A DNA stretch of 64,000 nt from Ranitomeya imitator (taxonomy: Eukaryota): positions 137,144,001 to 137,208,000 of the forward strand of contig NC_091291.1 of assembly GCF_032444005.1 (NCBI RefSeq), read 5' to 3'. Positions 1 through 13,815 of this stretch are shown here, one piece after another (positions within the stretch are counted from its first letter, which is position 1; every line of letters starts with the position of its first letter). The notes under the pieces are model-generated. The model had not been told where the DNA came from, made no database searches, and saw nothing but the letters and a program-made list of their open reading frames with translations. The translations under genes were made by a program, and so were the position numbers.

Positions 1-3000
1 CTGCCATCGGGTCACCGCAGGAGGGCAGGTCCCGGCGAGCTACGTGGATGTAACCCTATGGCTTACACACAGCAACTATCGCCAGCCACAGACATGGGGA
101 ATTTTCAGAGATTTATCTCTATTTTAGATGTATAATCTAAGTCAACCACAAAGTTGTCGCCCGGGGACAAAAAACGATAAATCTTGGCTTAAGACATTGG
201 ATAACAAAAAAAATGATAGGAGAAAAAAAGCTAAAAGACAGAAATATCTTCTCATTTTCTGACAGGAGTCCAAACAGCGACACCTGCTCCGGATTTACGG
301 TAGGAACAACATGGGCGCTGCTGCAGTAATTTTCCCGTCACGGGGTCCGAGCTGCCATGTCAATCCTCCAGATCCAGAGAGCAATAAAGCAAAAATAAAG
401 AGGTAGAAAACGTCCGTCCTCGCATTCCTCATTCCTCGCGGGACCTGATGTTATTCTTGGCTTTGCTTAGATGTACTCTGCCGGGTAACTGACTGCCCCG
501 CACGTCGCCATGGTGACCGGTTAATGGATTCGCGTTGGATCGTGTGTCAACATTCCGGCTGACTCTATCGCACAAGTATTTTCCTATACCCCATGACACT
601 TACATTTCCTCTCTCTGGCGGTAATGGTAAAGTGATCTGACTTTATGGAGGCAGGCTGCGTCCTGCTCGGCTCTACCAGTGTTATATAAGATTACCTCCA
701 CGGCGGTGGGGGGCTGCGCACAAGACGCAGTCTGCACTTAAAGGGTCCCCCGCGAGGCGGCACAAAAACACTTTCTAGGAAAAATCTCTACTGAAGATGT
801 AAAAGAAAAATAAATCCTCTTAAAACGTAAAGAATTGCCCCTTTTAGGTCACGTGATTCCCTTCGACCAATCAATAGGGGGCGTTGTTATAGGCTGTGTT
901 CCGACATAGCGGATGTAATGCAGGTTTTGCAAGAAGGCAGATACGACCTGTAAGACCCCCTGGATGCGAAGACCACTGCACCCAACTAAGCACGTGCACC
1001 GTGGCGACATATCGACGGCCATATTACGGGCCAACTGCGGGTCTAATGACCAGAACTCAGCCTCAATCTTTCTGGAAGTCTCAATGACGCTCATCTTAGT
1101 GCAAAGTCCCTGTCCAATGACCCATAGAAACCTACGGGGCGTAGATGACCCTTCTGAGACACCGATATACGGGAATTCGTGTAAATAATAAGAATCATTC
1201 CGCCAGATGAACCTTCTGTGGTTCCGAAAACCCAACGTCAAGTGCCGTAATTTCCAGCAGGGAAATAGCGCCCCCTAGATTCACTTTCTCAGAACGATAT
1301 CCATGAGGGTGATGTAAAGGGACGGTGTCAAGTTCGGCAGGTCTAGTCTACAACGGAAGCGGCGGCGGCTCCCGGTCTTTGCATCTGCGATGGAGCGTTA
1401 CTTGCTTTTTCACTCGCGCCCCATATGCTGCGCGCATTCATGGAATCTTGGGAGATGAGGTCGTCCTGATGGGAAATACAGGACAAAAACAAAAAAAGAA
1501 AACCTAAATGGTGGTATGAGTTTTCATATCCACACGTGAGCGGTTTCCTGATCGCCGGGCGCCAGTGTCTGGGACTCGGGTGGAGATTGCTTATGGAAGA
1601 CGACAGCCGGAGTTATGCAAATGGTCTTCACCGACGCTCCACCGTCTTCCTCCTCTCCTGTGGTCCTCAGATGACTTGTAAACACTGAACGCGGAACATA
1701 TGGGAAACATTTCCTGCCGCGGGGCGAGAGGCCGGGAGACGAGTCCAGGTGGACCTGGAAAGAAGATCCTGGAGGATTCCACGTCAGTAGGCTTGGAGGG
1801 TCGGGACATGTGGACCTCGGTCGGATCAGGACCCAGGTGACGGCGTGGTGGGCGACTCACATAGGAGAGGTCACGCCGATCACACATCTGCGGGACAAGC
1901 CCTTATAAGAGCGGCCATACTGGTAGCCACCAATTCGGACTTCTCCGTGCCCTCGGTCTGAGCCAATTCCTGGGGTATCACTTGCTCCTCGCCATCAGGA
2001 GCGGCGTCTGCTTCCATCTATGGTCTTGGTGGAGCTGAATTCACATGTACAATGTTCTCACCCGGCTCCTTTTTTTTCTAATGATTTACACATAAGGAAA
2101 CGCTGATTGGCGCCGGATGCCTAAATCTTAGCGGATGTAGTAAAAAAAAAAAAAAAAGTGGCAAAACCCCCGAAAGGTGCAACCAACAGGCTAAAAATAC
2201 GTTTCCCCAGAGCCAGCGGCTCCGTTTTATTAAGTGGCGCACATTTTACTCTTCCACACGCCGGCGAGATTTTCCTACGTTGCAGCCCTGGCTCTGCGTT
2301 CTGCCAGTCCGGGGCTTGGCCGCTTCTCTCGGGCCCGGCTGGTTGGCAGTCCGACACGAGAGTCCTGGCACATGGGGGGGAAAACGCTCTGTCTGACGGA
2401 CCATCAAATATGGATTCCCAGGGCCGCACCCCGTATGTTCCGAAAAAAGCAGCACAAACCCTAATACGCTGCAGTCGTGCATCTTTTAAAGCGACAGTCA
2501 CTACTTTATGGCGGTTAGGGGGGTTTTGCCTCTGGGAAAATAGGGGGTCAGCCCTGGTATGACGCCGATGCACCTCTGGCCTCCGGGGAAGCGCTTCCTG
2601 TTATATATACGAGACGATAATTCACTAGAATACTGTCGGCTGTTCTAACCAGAGTGTGAACTGATCCTTATCGCCTGTAGTTATTTTACCCATGAATGAA
2701 GGTTACGTGTCTGACCAAATCCAGATGTGAGCGGCAGAATGGCTCCTCTGTCACAAAGAAAAGCAAATGTTCGCTCCGCGTGCAGGAATAGAGCCCGAAT
2801 CCTACAGAAAGCCCCATATGTCCACACGTACAGTGTGTGTGTTCCCAGCCGGTATGCTGGTGACCGGTGGAGGCCACACACAGGCACGTCCGGCCCTAAA
2901 TGTCACCCGTACTTACCCTATCAGGAGCTTTGTCTCGGGGGCAATGACGGCGGCTGCAGACGTGATGGATCTATGTATTGTACGGATCACGCTGCGTTCT

Positions 3001-4046
3001 ACAGAAAAAGACGAGGTGCAGTTGGGGGCGCCGCTGATCTCTGCATGGCGACACCTATCTTCTGGTTGGAGCTTGATTTTTTTTTTCTGCCGGAGTTTAA
3101 TGACCATATTTCCAGGTGCTGGCAGCCACCTCTAGGGGGAGCTCTCTGCCAGAATAAAAAGCGAGGATTGGGGCGAAGAGTCAGGACCCTCAGGATACGC
3201 CAATAACAATAGGTCGCTGTAGGTCAGACAGCCTCCCTATACTTAGCGACTATTTTTGGAAGATCAGAAATTGGAGAATGCTGCCCCCGGGGACAAGGAT
3301 TCATTATCCTCTCCATTAAGGATCATAAAATGAGCAGCCGGAAAGTAAAGCTCGGCATGAGCAGTAATGTCTGAGAGGCGCGGACAGGTGAAGCGCGGAG
3401 CCGCACACCTGCATGGCTACAGGTGATATGCTATAAAGATGTCCCACATAGTTCACATGTAGAACACACGTCCTGCAACAGCGAGAACACCGGAGGGAGC
3501 GCACTGATCGCAGACCGCCACGGATACAGTAACAAGCGCACAAAGGGACAAGAGGAGCGTTGTGTGGGAAAAACGACAAATCCAGAGCCCATATGTCACC
3601 ATTCTCCAGGGTCCCTGGGTAAGTCAGTACGTGCTCCATAGAGACCCCCAGTGTGTCACATCAGGAGGGTCCCTGAGTATCATTACATCCTCCCAGCAGT
3701 CCACATGTCGGGGGTCTGTGAACTCGTATAGTTCATTTTTAGCTTAAAATTATACTACAAGATATTTGGGCAGATTACCCCAGATGGTATGGAATCGGGG
3801 GGTCTCACACAGAGCAAATTGTTCTTTTATTGCCACCTGCTGTCCTGCCCTAGTGACAGCACAGAGCGTGCGCCTCGCATACCTGTTATATAAGAAGTAA
3901 TGCCGTCCGGGAGAATCCGAGCCCCGCGGTACTCACCCGGCTCAGCAAGAATGCTTCCATCTGCCCCCTAGTGGTCGCACTGTGCGCCTGACAGCAAGGT
4001 GTGCGGACCCAAAATAATACCAAGCACGGCCGACGTGTCCGCTTAC

Positions 4047-4186
4047 CATTCCCCGAGGGCTTCCAGGCAGCGCATGCGCCCCAAAATCAGCTCCGGATCT
4101 TCCTTGTTCACCTCCAGCTTCTTCTCGTAGGCCGTCAGGGCGTCTTCCCATTCATGGAGCTTCTCGTACCAGATGGCGTGAATCTC
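4047..4186 (-). CDS. MTOR: mTOR exon 30 (140 nt)
   Basis: [46 protein letters not shown](W), hand-translated. Confidence 0.97.
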
Positions 4187-5075
4187 CTAGGGGGCGAGAC
4201 CAGAGTTTGGGACAAATCCTGCTTTAAATCAGAGCCCCCCCATCCCCTTCAATGTTCCTGCTGCTCTTCTATTATGATCTTAAGACGAAGGGTCGTCCGT
4301 AATGAGCGCCAATCAGTATCGGACGGAAAATTGGTCATCATGGTTGCCATTGTGCCACCACAGGGTCCAACCACTGAGTTCCGCACTGAATGGCAAAACA
4401 CAGCACCTTTACCCCCGTGGAGTGACAGTGCGCTTCCTCGACTGCTGCTCCATTCATACTCTATGGGAAAAAATTTAGAGTGCTGCGCTCAGCAGCCCCA
4501 TAGAGAATGAATGGAGCAAGCGCACTGCCACTCCACCCTAACGGGGATAAAATGCCCTGCACACTGTGTGCAGTCTAGTGGCCACTCTCAGTACTGCAGC
4601 TTAGATCACATTCACTTCAATAGGAACTGATCTGCAGTACCAGGGAACGGGCACTACACCGAGCGCAGCACTACACCGAGCGCAGCGCTGCACCTTTCTG
4701 CTCCGCACTGTTTGCCGATCTGTGGTGGCGCCGGGTCTGGGACCTCCACAAACCTTATACTGATCTCCTATCCTTAAGGATACGCCATCAATATAAAAGT
4801 CCAGAACACCCTTTAAAGGGATAGATGACTTGTGGACCAGTGGCGGGACGCTCGCAGGAACCACCCCGGTATAGGGCGCCGTTCATTCTCTAGGAGACAG
4901 TCTCAGAGCATGTACGGGGCATTGTAGTGTCCGGTTCTCAAGATCTTTGGGGGTCCCCACGGTCTGCACCCCCCAACGATCCACAAGTTACCACCTACCC
5001 TTTGATGATGAGGAGCAGCTGAACGCCTGTGCATGCACCGCACGTCCTACAGCGCTGCAAAATAATGTTCCTTAA

Positions 5076-5630
5076 AGGGAATGCCTTACAAAATGACCTA
5101 TGGTTTAAATCAGGTTTTCATGTTACGTGTATTTTTTATTTTATTTTTTATTTACAATTTTTCTTTCCTTTTCAAATCACTAATCTTTAGAAAAAAACAA
5201 AGGCAATATTGTTGCGATTTTCACACCGCCTACTGGGGAGATAGTAGACTTATACTTCCTGTCTTTTCAGGAAGAGCTTTCAGCAGGTTCATTATCAGCA
5301 GAGGCAGGATTAGAATGACAGGTTACCCCTCTGTACACAGCTGAAAACCCTGGAGCCACTAATCATCACAGGCAATCAGCTCACCTCCTCCCCCTCCCTT
5401 CACAGTGATCTTTGCACATGCGCATTAGGGGGTTGATCATTGCTCCTAATGTACGCGTTTCCTGAAAAAACAGGATGTTAAAGTCTAAAAATTCCCCAAG
5501 GGCCGATGCGATAATTATATATATTTTTTATCACAATCGATATTAAAAATGTAAAAAAAAAATTATATAATTACATTTAATCCAAAACCTGATTTGAATG
5601 ATAGGTCATTTTTCTGATGACAAACTGCCT
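5076..5630. mobile_element. TTAA-flanked T2/Kolobok-type MITE
   Basis: TTAA|AGG...CCT|TTAA with imperfect long TIR (AAAATGACCTAT..AAATCAGGTTTT). Confidence 0.6.
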
Positions 5631-6599
5631 TTAATGGAAGTGATAAAATGACATCCCAACAATCAGGGGTTAACTTGTAGAGAAAGCTGCGCACTGGCCA
5701 GGAAATAACACCCTGTGTAGAGAGGTTCTGCAGCAGCTGTAGTATTCTAGGGCAGATTCTGCAGCACTCGCCGGCACGTTGCTCATCGGCCAGGGTATCA
5801 GGGACTCACTGTACGCTCCCTGCGGTTTAGGGTTAACCAGGAGGTGTCCTCCGGGGGCTTTCATCGGGCAGAGGTCCTGACTCCGGGCCCCAGGGGAGGA
5901 ATAAGCGGGCATCTATGTTGGGAGTCAGCAGAGACCGTCCCCCTCCTCGTTTCGGAGAGTGCAGATCGGGGGCAGCGCGGGCACAATGACGTGATTCTCC
6001 CCGAGCGCAGAGTGATGTAACTTACAGTAACCGCAGGAAGTCATTACAGCTGCGCCCAGAACAGTCGGCCTTTGTGTGGAGGCCGCAGGCGGGGGGCTCG
6101 CCAGCGGGGGGCTCGCCTGCAGGACGCGCGTCTCCGTATCCCCCATAATGGCTGCCCACAAGGATCCCTGCATCGTCCCCTCACCTGCCGTCATCCCATG
6201 GTCCTATGCCTGCACACTTATGGCTTCTCCCTGCTTACTCTCGCCACCTGCCTTTACCAGCACCCTCTGTCAATGAACCAGGAGGCTCTGGATTGTCAAG
6301 ATTCACATTTGTGTCAGTTTTCACTGCGGCTCTTGCATTTTGTTCGTGAGCAATTGCTCAGAGATCTCCCTGCACTGCCGCCAACAGGAACTTGTCAGGA
6401 AAGGAGCGTCCATAGCCGTACGGCTGGGCAGGCTCCTCCTCAGGACTTTTGGAAGCACCACCTCTTCCCCCATTACTGCTCGTGACTTGTTTTCTAGCTG
6501 CCAGAGGGGGGAAGTAGACTGACCGAGAACAAACTGGAAACTTTATTTTCAGCTAACCGTGAAAAGAAGGAGACTGATCAGGAACCTTGAGAGATTTTA

Positions 6600-7670
6600 T
6601 TTACAGCTGCCAGAGGGAGAAGGAGACTACATTCCTAATGGCTAGAGGGAAAATGGAACTAATATTGGGACCAATATTTACAACTGCCAGAGATAAAAGG
6701 GACTATTGTTCCATTTTCCAGAGGGGGAAGGGGACTGACCATGGAACTTAGGAGGGACTATATTTACAGCTGTCAGAGGGAAAAGGAGACTGACTGTGAA
6801 TTTACGGGGGACTACAGTTACAACTGCCAGAGGGGGAAGGAGACTGACTTGGAAACATACAAGGGACAATCGATATCATAGCCAGAAAGAAAAGGACACT
6901 AACAAGGAAATGTGCTATTGATGATTAATATAGATACCAGAAGAGAAAGGACACAAACTGTGAGCTCACTATGAACTACATTAATAATTGCCAGTGGAGA
7001 ATGTAGACTGACTAGGGAACCTACTAGGGACTAGGTTTACAGCTACCAGAGAGGAAAAGGGAGATTTAGCATTTACAGGAGACTACAATTCTAACTGCCA
7101 GAGGGGAAAGGAAACCTACTAGAGACTATAGTTACAGTTTCCACCGGAGGAAGAAGATGGTCTAGGGAACATACTAGGAACTGTTAATTTAGAAAGGAGG
7201 GGGAGGAGACTGACTGGGAGCTTACTGAGAGCTATAGTTAAAACTGCCAGAGGGAGAGGGAGACTGACTAAGAAGCATAACAGGACTATGGCTACAGTGC
7301 CAAAAGAGTAAGCAGACTGATTAGATATCAAACCAGAGGTGAGGAATAAAGTCACCAGAGGGGGAAGGAGACTGATTTGAAAGCTTACTGGGGATGTCAT
7401 TTACAACTGCTAGAGGAGAATGTAGACTGACTTGATACTATAACTATAGCTGCCAGAGGAGGAAGGAGACTGATTGGGAGCTTACTGGAGACAATGTTTA
7501 CAACTGTTAGAGGAGAATGTAGACTGACCCTGAACTATAACTACAGCTGCCAGAGGAGGAAGGAGACTGATTGGGAGCTTACTGGGGACAATGTTTACAA
7601 CTGTTAGAGGAGAATGTAGACTGACCCTGAACTATAACTATAGCTGCCAGAGGAGGAAGGAGACTGCCCT
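6600..7670. repeat. Degenerate tandem repeat (core CTGCCAGAGGRRRAAGGAGACTGA), 97-bp dimeric unit at the right end
   Basis: Near-identical units start at 7437, 7534 and 7631; copies diverge leftward. Confidence 0.8.
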
Positions 7671-7869
7671 TAAGCCAACTACAGCACAGATCAGTAGTGG
7701 TGTGTAAAGGGGTGGATAAGGAAAAGCAAAAAAAATAGGTAAAAATGTTTATTACTTGGGTGAAAACTGTGCATTATTTGAGAATAGCGGTTCATATCCT
7801 TCCTGATTTCCTGGGGACAAAATCTCAAAGTCCAATAACGCATCTACCATGAACTCAGGACGCACTTAC

Positions 7870-7945
7870 CAATTCCCCGTAATGCTTCATGCCGAACTCC
7901 AAGACCCCCGAGGCGGCCTCCGGCTGCTGGAGCTTATTGTTAATG
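7870..7945 (-). CDS. MTOR: mTOR exon 29 (76 nt)
   Basis: (S)INNKLQQPEAASGVLEFGMKHYGEL, hand-translated; not in the ORF track. Confidence 0.96.
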
Positions 7946-9113
7946 CTGAGGGAGACAGAAAAGAAGAAGAACATGAGATCCTGACCTGGACGCGGCAGAG
8001 ACCACCTTACAGCATAACCCGCGCTGCCCTGCGGACCTCGAGGGGGGAGACGGCCAGGCGCTTATGTAATGGCTAATAACGGAGAACAATCCCAGCAATG
8101 TCACAGAATGTTATTTCATGAAGGCACGAGCCCAGGGGTCATGGAGGGGAAACGCGGCTCCGATCTGACTAGATTGGAAAAGCGGGTAAGTATGGGTCGT
8201 GTATGTATGGCATTACGCCATTTAAAGGAGAACCTCCGCAGAAAACGGAGTGCCGCTGTGCAGGGAAAAATTAAACGGGTTCTCCCATTAAAAAAAAAAA
8301 AAAAACACCTATTCAAAATTTGGGAGGGCACGGAGCCCTATTTAGAGCCTGGTGCACACTGACGGACCTGTCCTGCAACAATCCATTCATAGAATCAGCA
8401 TGGTGCAATGCTTTATTTCCCCTGCGGGGGTGCTGTGGGGAAACTGGACACTTAGGGGCAGGCTTCCTCACAGATCACAGCACAATGGCGTTTTTTGACT
8501 GGCTTATTGTCAAGTGATCAAATAGGACAATCCCTTTAAATAGCATGGCTGCTTCTTTATATAATACCCGACTACTGGACACCGTAGATCACGACGGAGT
8601 GATCAACAGAAATCATCACTTGTGGAGTTCCAGGATCTGAATGTATAAAAGGTTTCCATTCACTGACAGCAAGCCAAGATTTTGAAAGGAAGTGAAGCCT
8701 GAAGTATATTAGAAGGCTGCAGAAATTCTCAGTATACAACAGTCGCTGCACGATAATCAAGAGCAGTGCTAAGATGCTGGGAGTTGTAGTCTTCACCACC
8801 CAGAGGGGCTGCAGACCCCTGAAATGTGAACTCTTTTTTTCTTCAAATATGGATCATAGTTTTCTCTTGATTTAATTTTCCTTTGTGGAATCAAGATGTG
8901 TTTAATTATAAGAGGCAAATACAATGTGAGCGGCACGGAAGCTTCCGGCACCAGAGAGGGCTCTGCGGTTTATGAAATCCAAAGCCGAGAATCTGAGACG
9001 AGCGGGACGGTGAAGAGCGGAAATCAGAGTACGGAAAGAGACGGATGAAGAAAAAGGGAACAGACAGGAGAGCTGTGTACAGGACCAACATGGCGACTAA
9101 TGCTGCTCACACA

Positions 9114-11506
9114 ATTGTTGTCACCTCGCTTTCCCAGAGTGCTACAGTTGTCACCTCGCTTTCCCCGAGTCCTATGGTTGTCACCTCACATTCCCCGAGT
9201 CCTACGGTTGTCACCTCGCTTTCCCCGAGTCCTACTGTTGTCACCTCGCTTTCCCCGAGTCCTACGGTTGTCACCTCGCTTTCCCAGAGTCCTACGGTTG
9301 TCACCTCACATTCCCCGAGTCCTACTGTTGTCACCTTGCTTTCTCAGAGTCCTACGGTTGTCACCTAGCTTTCTCAAAGTCCAATGGTTGTCACCTCTGT
9401 CCCAGAATCCTACGGTTATCACCTCACTTTCCCAGAGTCCTACGGTTGTCACCTCGCTTTCTCAAAGTCCTACGGTTGTCACCTAGCTTTCCCCGAGTCC
9501 TACGGTTGTCACCTAGCTTTCCCCGAGTCCTACGGTTGTCACCTCGCTTTCCCAAAGTCCTATGGTTGTCACCTCTCTGTCCCAGAATCCAACAGTTTTC
9601 ACCTCGCTTTCCCAGAGTCCTACAGTTGTCACCTCTCTGTCCCAGAATCCTACGGTTGCCACCTCGCTTTCCCAGAGTCCTACGGTAGTCACCTCGCTTT
9701 CCCCGAGTCCTACGGTTGTCACCTCGCTTTCTCAAAGTCCAATGGTTGTCACCTCTGTCCCAGAATCCTACGGTTGTCACCTCGCTTTCCCCGAGTCCTA
9801 CGGTTGTCACCTCGCTTTCTCAAAGTCCAATGGTTGTCACCTCTGTCCCAGAATCCTACGGTTATCACCTCGCTTTCCCAGAGTCCTACGGTTGTCACCT
9901 CGCTTTCCCAAAGTCCTACTGTTGTCACCTCGCTTTCCCCGAGTCCTACGGTTGTCACCTCGCTTTCTCAAAGTCCTATGGTTGTCACCTCTCTGTCCCA
10001 GAATCCAACAGTTTTCACCTCGCTTTCCCAGAGTCCTACAGTTGTCACCTCTCTGTCCCAGAATCCTACGGTTGCCACCTCGCTTTCCCAGAGTCCTACG
10101 GTAGTCACCTCGCTTTCCCCGAGTCCTACGGTTGTCACCTCGCTTTCTCAAAGTCCAATGGTTGTCACCTCTGTCCCAGAATCCTACGGTTGTCACCTCG
10201 CTTTCCCCGAGTCCTACGGTTGTCACCTCGCTTTCCCAAAGTCCTACGGTTGTCACCTCTCTGTCCCAGAATCCTACGGTTGTCACCTCGCTTTCCCAGA
10301 GTCCTACGGTTGTCACCTCGCTTTCTCAAAGTCCAATGGTTGTCACCTCTGTCCCAGAATCCTACGGTTGTCACCTCGCTTTCCCAGAGTCCTACGGTTG
10401 TCACCTCGCTTTCCCAGAGTCCTACGGTTGTCACCTCGCTTTCTCAAAGTCCAATGGTTGTCACCTCTGTCCCAGAATCCTACGGTTATCACCTCGCTTT
10501 CCCAGAGTCCTACGGTTGTCACCTCGCTTTCCCAAAGTCCTACGGTTGTCACCTAGCTTTCCCCGAGTCCTACGGTTGTCACCTAGCTTTCCCCGAGTCC
10601 TACGGTTGTCACCTCGCTTTCCCAAAGTCCTATGGTTGTCACCTCTCTGTCCCAGAATCCAACAGTTTTCACCTCGCTTTCCCAGAGTCCTACAGTTGTC
10701 ACCTCTCTGTCCCAGAATCCTACGGTTGCCACCTCGCTTTCCCAGAGTCCTACGGTAGTCACCTCGCTTTCCCAGAGTCCTACGGTTGTCACCTCGCTTT
10801 CCCAGAGTCCTACGGTTGTCACCTCGCTTTCTCAAAGTCCAATGGTTGTCACCTCTGTCCTAGAATCCTACGGTTATCACCTCACTTTCCCAGAGTCCTA
10901 CGGTTGTCACCTCGCTTTCCCAAAGTCCTACGGTTGTCACCTAGCTTTCCCCGAGTCCTACGGTTGTCACCTAGCTTTCCCCGAGTCCTACGGTTGTCAC
11001 CTCGCTTTCCCAAAGTCCTATGGTTGTCACCTCTCTGTCCCAGAATCCAACAGTTTTCACCTCGCTTTCCCAGAGTCCTACAGTTGTCACCTCTCTGTCC
11101 CAGAATCCTACGGTTGCCACCTCGCTTTCCCAGAGTCCTACGGTAGTCACCTCGCTTTCCCCGAGTCCTACGGTTGTCACCTCGCTTTCTCAAAGTCCAA
11201 TGGTTGTCACCTCTGTCCCAGAATCCTACGGTTGTCACCTCGCTTTCCCCGAGTCCTACGGTTGTCACCTCGCTTTCCCAAAGTCCTACGGTTGTCACCT
11301 CTCTGTCCCAGAATCCTACGGTTGCCACCTCGCTTTCCCCGAGTCCTACGGTTGTCACCTCGCTTTCCCAGAGTCCTACGGTTGTCACCTCGCTTTCCCA
11401 GAGTCCTACGGTTGTCACCTCGCTTTCTCAAAGTCCAATGGTTGTCACCTCTGTCCCAGAATCCTACGGTTATCACCTCGCTTTCCCAGAGTCCTGCGGT
11501 TATCAC
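9114..11506. repeat. 30-bp minisatellite GTCCTACGGTTGTCACCTCGCTTTCCCAGA (about 80 copies, with 28-bp variants)
   Basis: Direct periodicity. Confidence 0.97.
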
Positions 11507-12523
11507 TATGCATTTTTTTATGCCTTCGGTCGTCACATAATTAGCTGTGCAGAACTCGATGAAAACAGTCAAACATCCCCAGGAAGAATATTTGCGCCTC
11601 AAGGGGCCAAAAAATCTTGGTGCAGTCCTGTGAGATTGACGATGACAGCCATATTGGTTGTCACCCAACTTTCTCAGCAGCATATAGTTTACTTCATCCG
11701 TTTCTTAGGTATATTGGTTTATGGAGGGGGGATAGATACCAAACAGTCCTGAGCAGTCACCCCATGTCATGCTGTGATCCCCTCTTCTAGACATCTAGGG
11801 AAAGTATGGTAGCAGGAAGCGTGGCTACACAGGATTCCTCCCAGCAGGACAGATTTCTCATCCAGCTTTTCCAGGATGGTGAGTGAAGCTGCGATCTGCT
11901 ACACCGGAGGCCACTTAGCTTTCCCATAGGATTTGTCATAACCTGAAAGAAAATGGCGCCTTAATGTTGACTTCTTAGAGCGTCACGTGACAGCTCCCAT
12001 CAGTAGCTCCAAGGGTTCAGGCAGGATCTCCAGGACATTCGGAGCCCCCTCCAGCTCCTGTTCTCCGCGGCTTGGGAGCCGGGTTATATTTATTTACAGT
12101 GTGAGGAGAGATTTCCTGCTCCGGAGAGGCGGCTGACAGCTCCTCTCACATCTGCCGGCCAGACGTGTGCCCCGCGTGCTGTGCGGTGGGCAGGGAGCAG
12201 CGTCTGACCTGCTTCTTGTCAGTTCTGCCATATTCTGGGCCTACAATAGGCAGCTTGTGTGATAACAGCTGAAGCCGGGGGCCAAGACCCCAACATGAAA
12301 GTGAGAAACCTACAAGGAGAGCGCCGCGGCCTCTTCTAATCTCCTCCACATGGAAACATTAAATAACCGGCACGGCGAGGGTCCATGACACTTCTATAAG
12401 GGGCTACGATGGCTTCCTGTGAGGAGGGGACATCAGAATAAAGAGGCTATTAACACGGCATAGTAAGGAGTCTGCAGGGTCCGGGCTGCACATAACTGAT
12501 ATTACCGCATTCTTGAAGGAGTC

Positions 12524-13815
12524 CGCTAAATCTTCACTCTTCTAGACAGGTCCTCAGTGTTCCTCCTCCCTGCTGCTGAATCTCCACTCTTCTAGGCAGC
12601 TCCTCAGTGTCCTCCTCCCTGCTGCTGAATCTCCACTCTTCTAGACAGGTCCTCAGTGTCCTCCTCCCTGCTGCTGAATCTCCACTCTTCTAGGCAGCTC
12701 CTCCGTGTCCTCCTCCCTGCTGCTGAATCTCCACTCTTCTAGGCAGCTCCTCAGTGTTCCTCCTCCCTGCTGCTAAATCTTCACTCTTCTAGACAGGTCC
12801 TCAGTGTTCCTCCTCCCTGCTGCTGAATCTCCACTCTTCTAGGCAGCTCCTCAGTGTCCTCCTCCCTGCTGCTGAATCTCCACTCTTCTAGGCAGCTCCT
12901 CAGTGTCCTCCTCCCTGCTGCTGAATCTCCACTCTTCTAGGCAGCTCCTCAGTGTCCTCCTCCCTGCTGCTGAATCTTCACTCTTCTAGGCAGCTCCTCA
13001 GTGTCCTCCTCCCTGCTGCTGAATCTCCACTCTTCTAGGCAGCTCCTCAGTGTCCTCCTCCCTGCTGCTGAATCTTCACTCTTCTAGGCAGCTCCTCCGT
13101 GTCCTACTCCCTGCTGCTGAATCTTCACTCTTCTAGGCAGCTCCTCAGTGTCCTCCTCCCTGCTGCTGAATCTCCACTCTTCTAGGCAGCTTTTAAGTGT
13201 TCCTCCTCCCTGCTGCTGAATTTCCACTCTTCTAAGCAGCTCCTCGGTGTTCCTCCTCCCTGCTGCTGAATCTCCACTCTTCTAGGCAGCTCCTCGGTGT
13301 TCCTCCTCCCTGCTGCTGAATCTCCACTCTTCTAGGCAGCTCCTCAGTGTTCCGCCTCCCTGCTGCTGAATCTCCACTCTTCTAGGCAGCTCCTCGGTGT
13401 TCCTCCTCCCTGCTGCTGAATCTCCACTCTTCTAGGCAGCTCCTCGGTGTTCCTCCTCCCTGCTGCTGAATCTCCACTCTTCTAGGCAGCTCCTCAGTGT
13501 TCCGCCTCCCTGCTGCTGAATCTCCACTCTTCTAGGCAGCTCCTCGGTGTTCCTCCTCCCTGCTGCTGAATCTCCACTCTTCTAGGCAGCTCCTCGGTGT
13601 TCCTCCTCCCTGCTGCTGAATCTCCACTCTTCTAGGCAGCTCCTCAGTGTCCTCCTCCCTGCTGCTGAATCTCCACTCTTCTAGGCAGCTCTCTGGTGTT
13701 CCTCCTCCCGGCTGCTGAATCTCCACTCTTCTAGGCAGCTCCTCAGTGTTCCGCCTCCCTGCTGCAGATTCTCCACCCTTCTGGACAGCTCCTCAGTGTT
13801 CCGCCTCCCTGCTGC
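12524..13815. repeat. 49/50-bp minisatellite (about 26 copies)
   Basis: CTCCTCAGTGTTCCTCCTCCCTGCTGCTGAATCTCCACTCTTCTAGGCAG. Confidence 0.97.

Noticed and set aside
1-4046. MTOR exon 31 (GQLHQQCCEKW...AWGLG)
   Set aside because: Not found by eye on the minus strand; presumably left of the window.
5670-6522. Possible second nested gene (several ORFs of 60-137 aa and donor-like motifs)
   Set aside because: Frames are interrupted by stops, no recognisable domain, no consistent exon chain.
9045-11752. Mucin-like ORFs (SQSPTVVTSL)n up to 476 aa
   Set aside because: Several frames are open only because the 30-bp unit lacks stops; recurrent 28-bp units shift the frame; no signal peptide or splice context.
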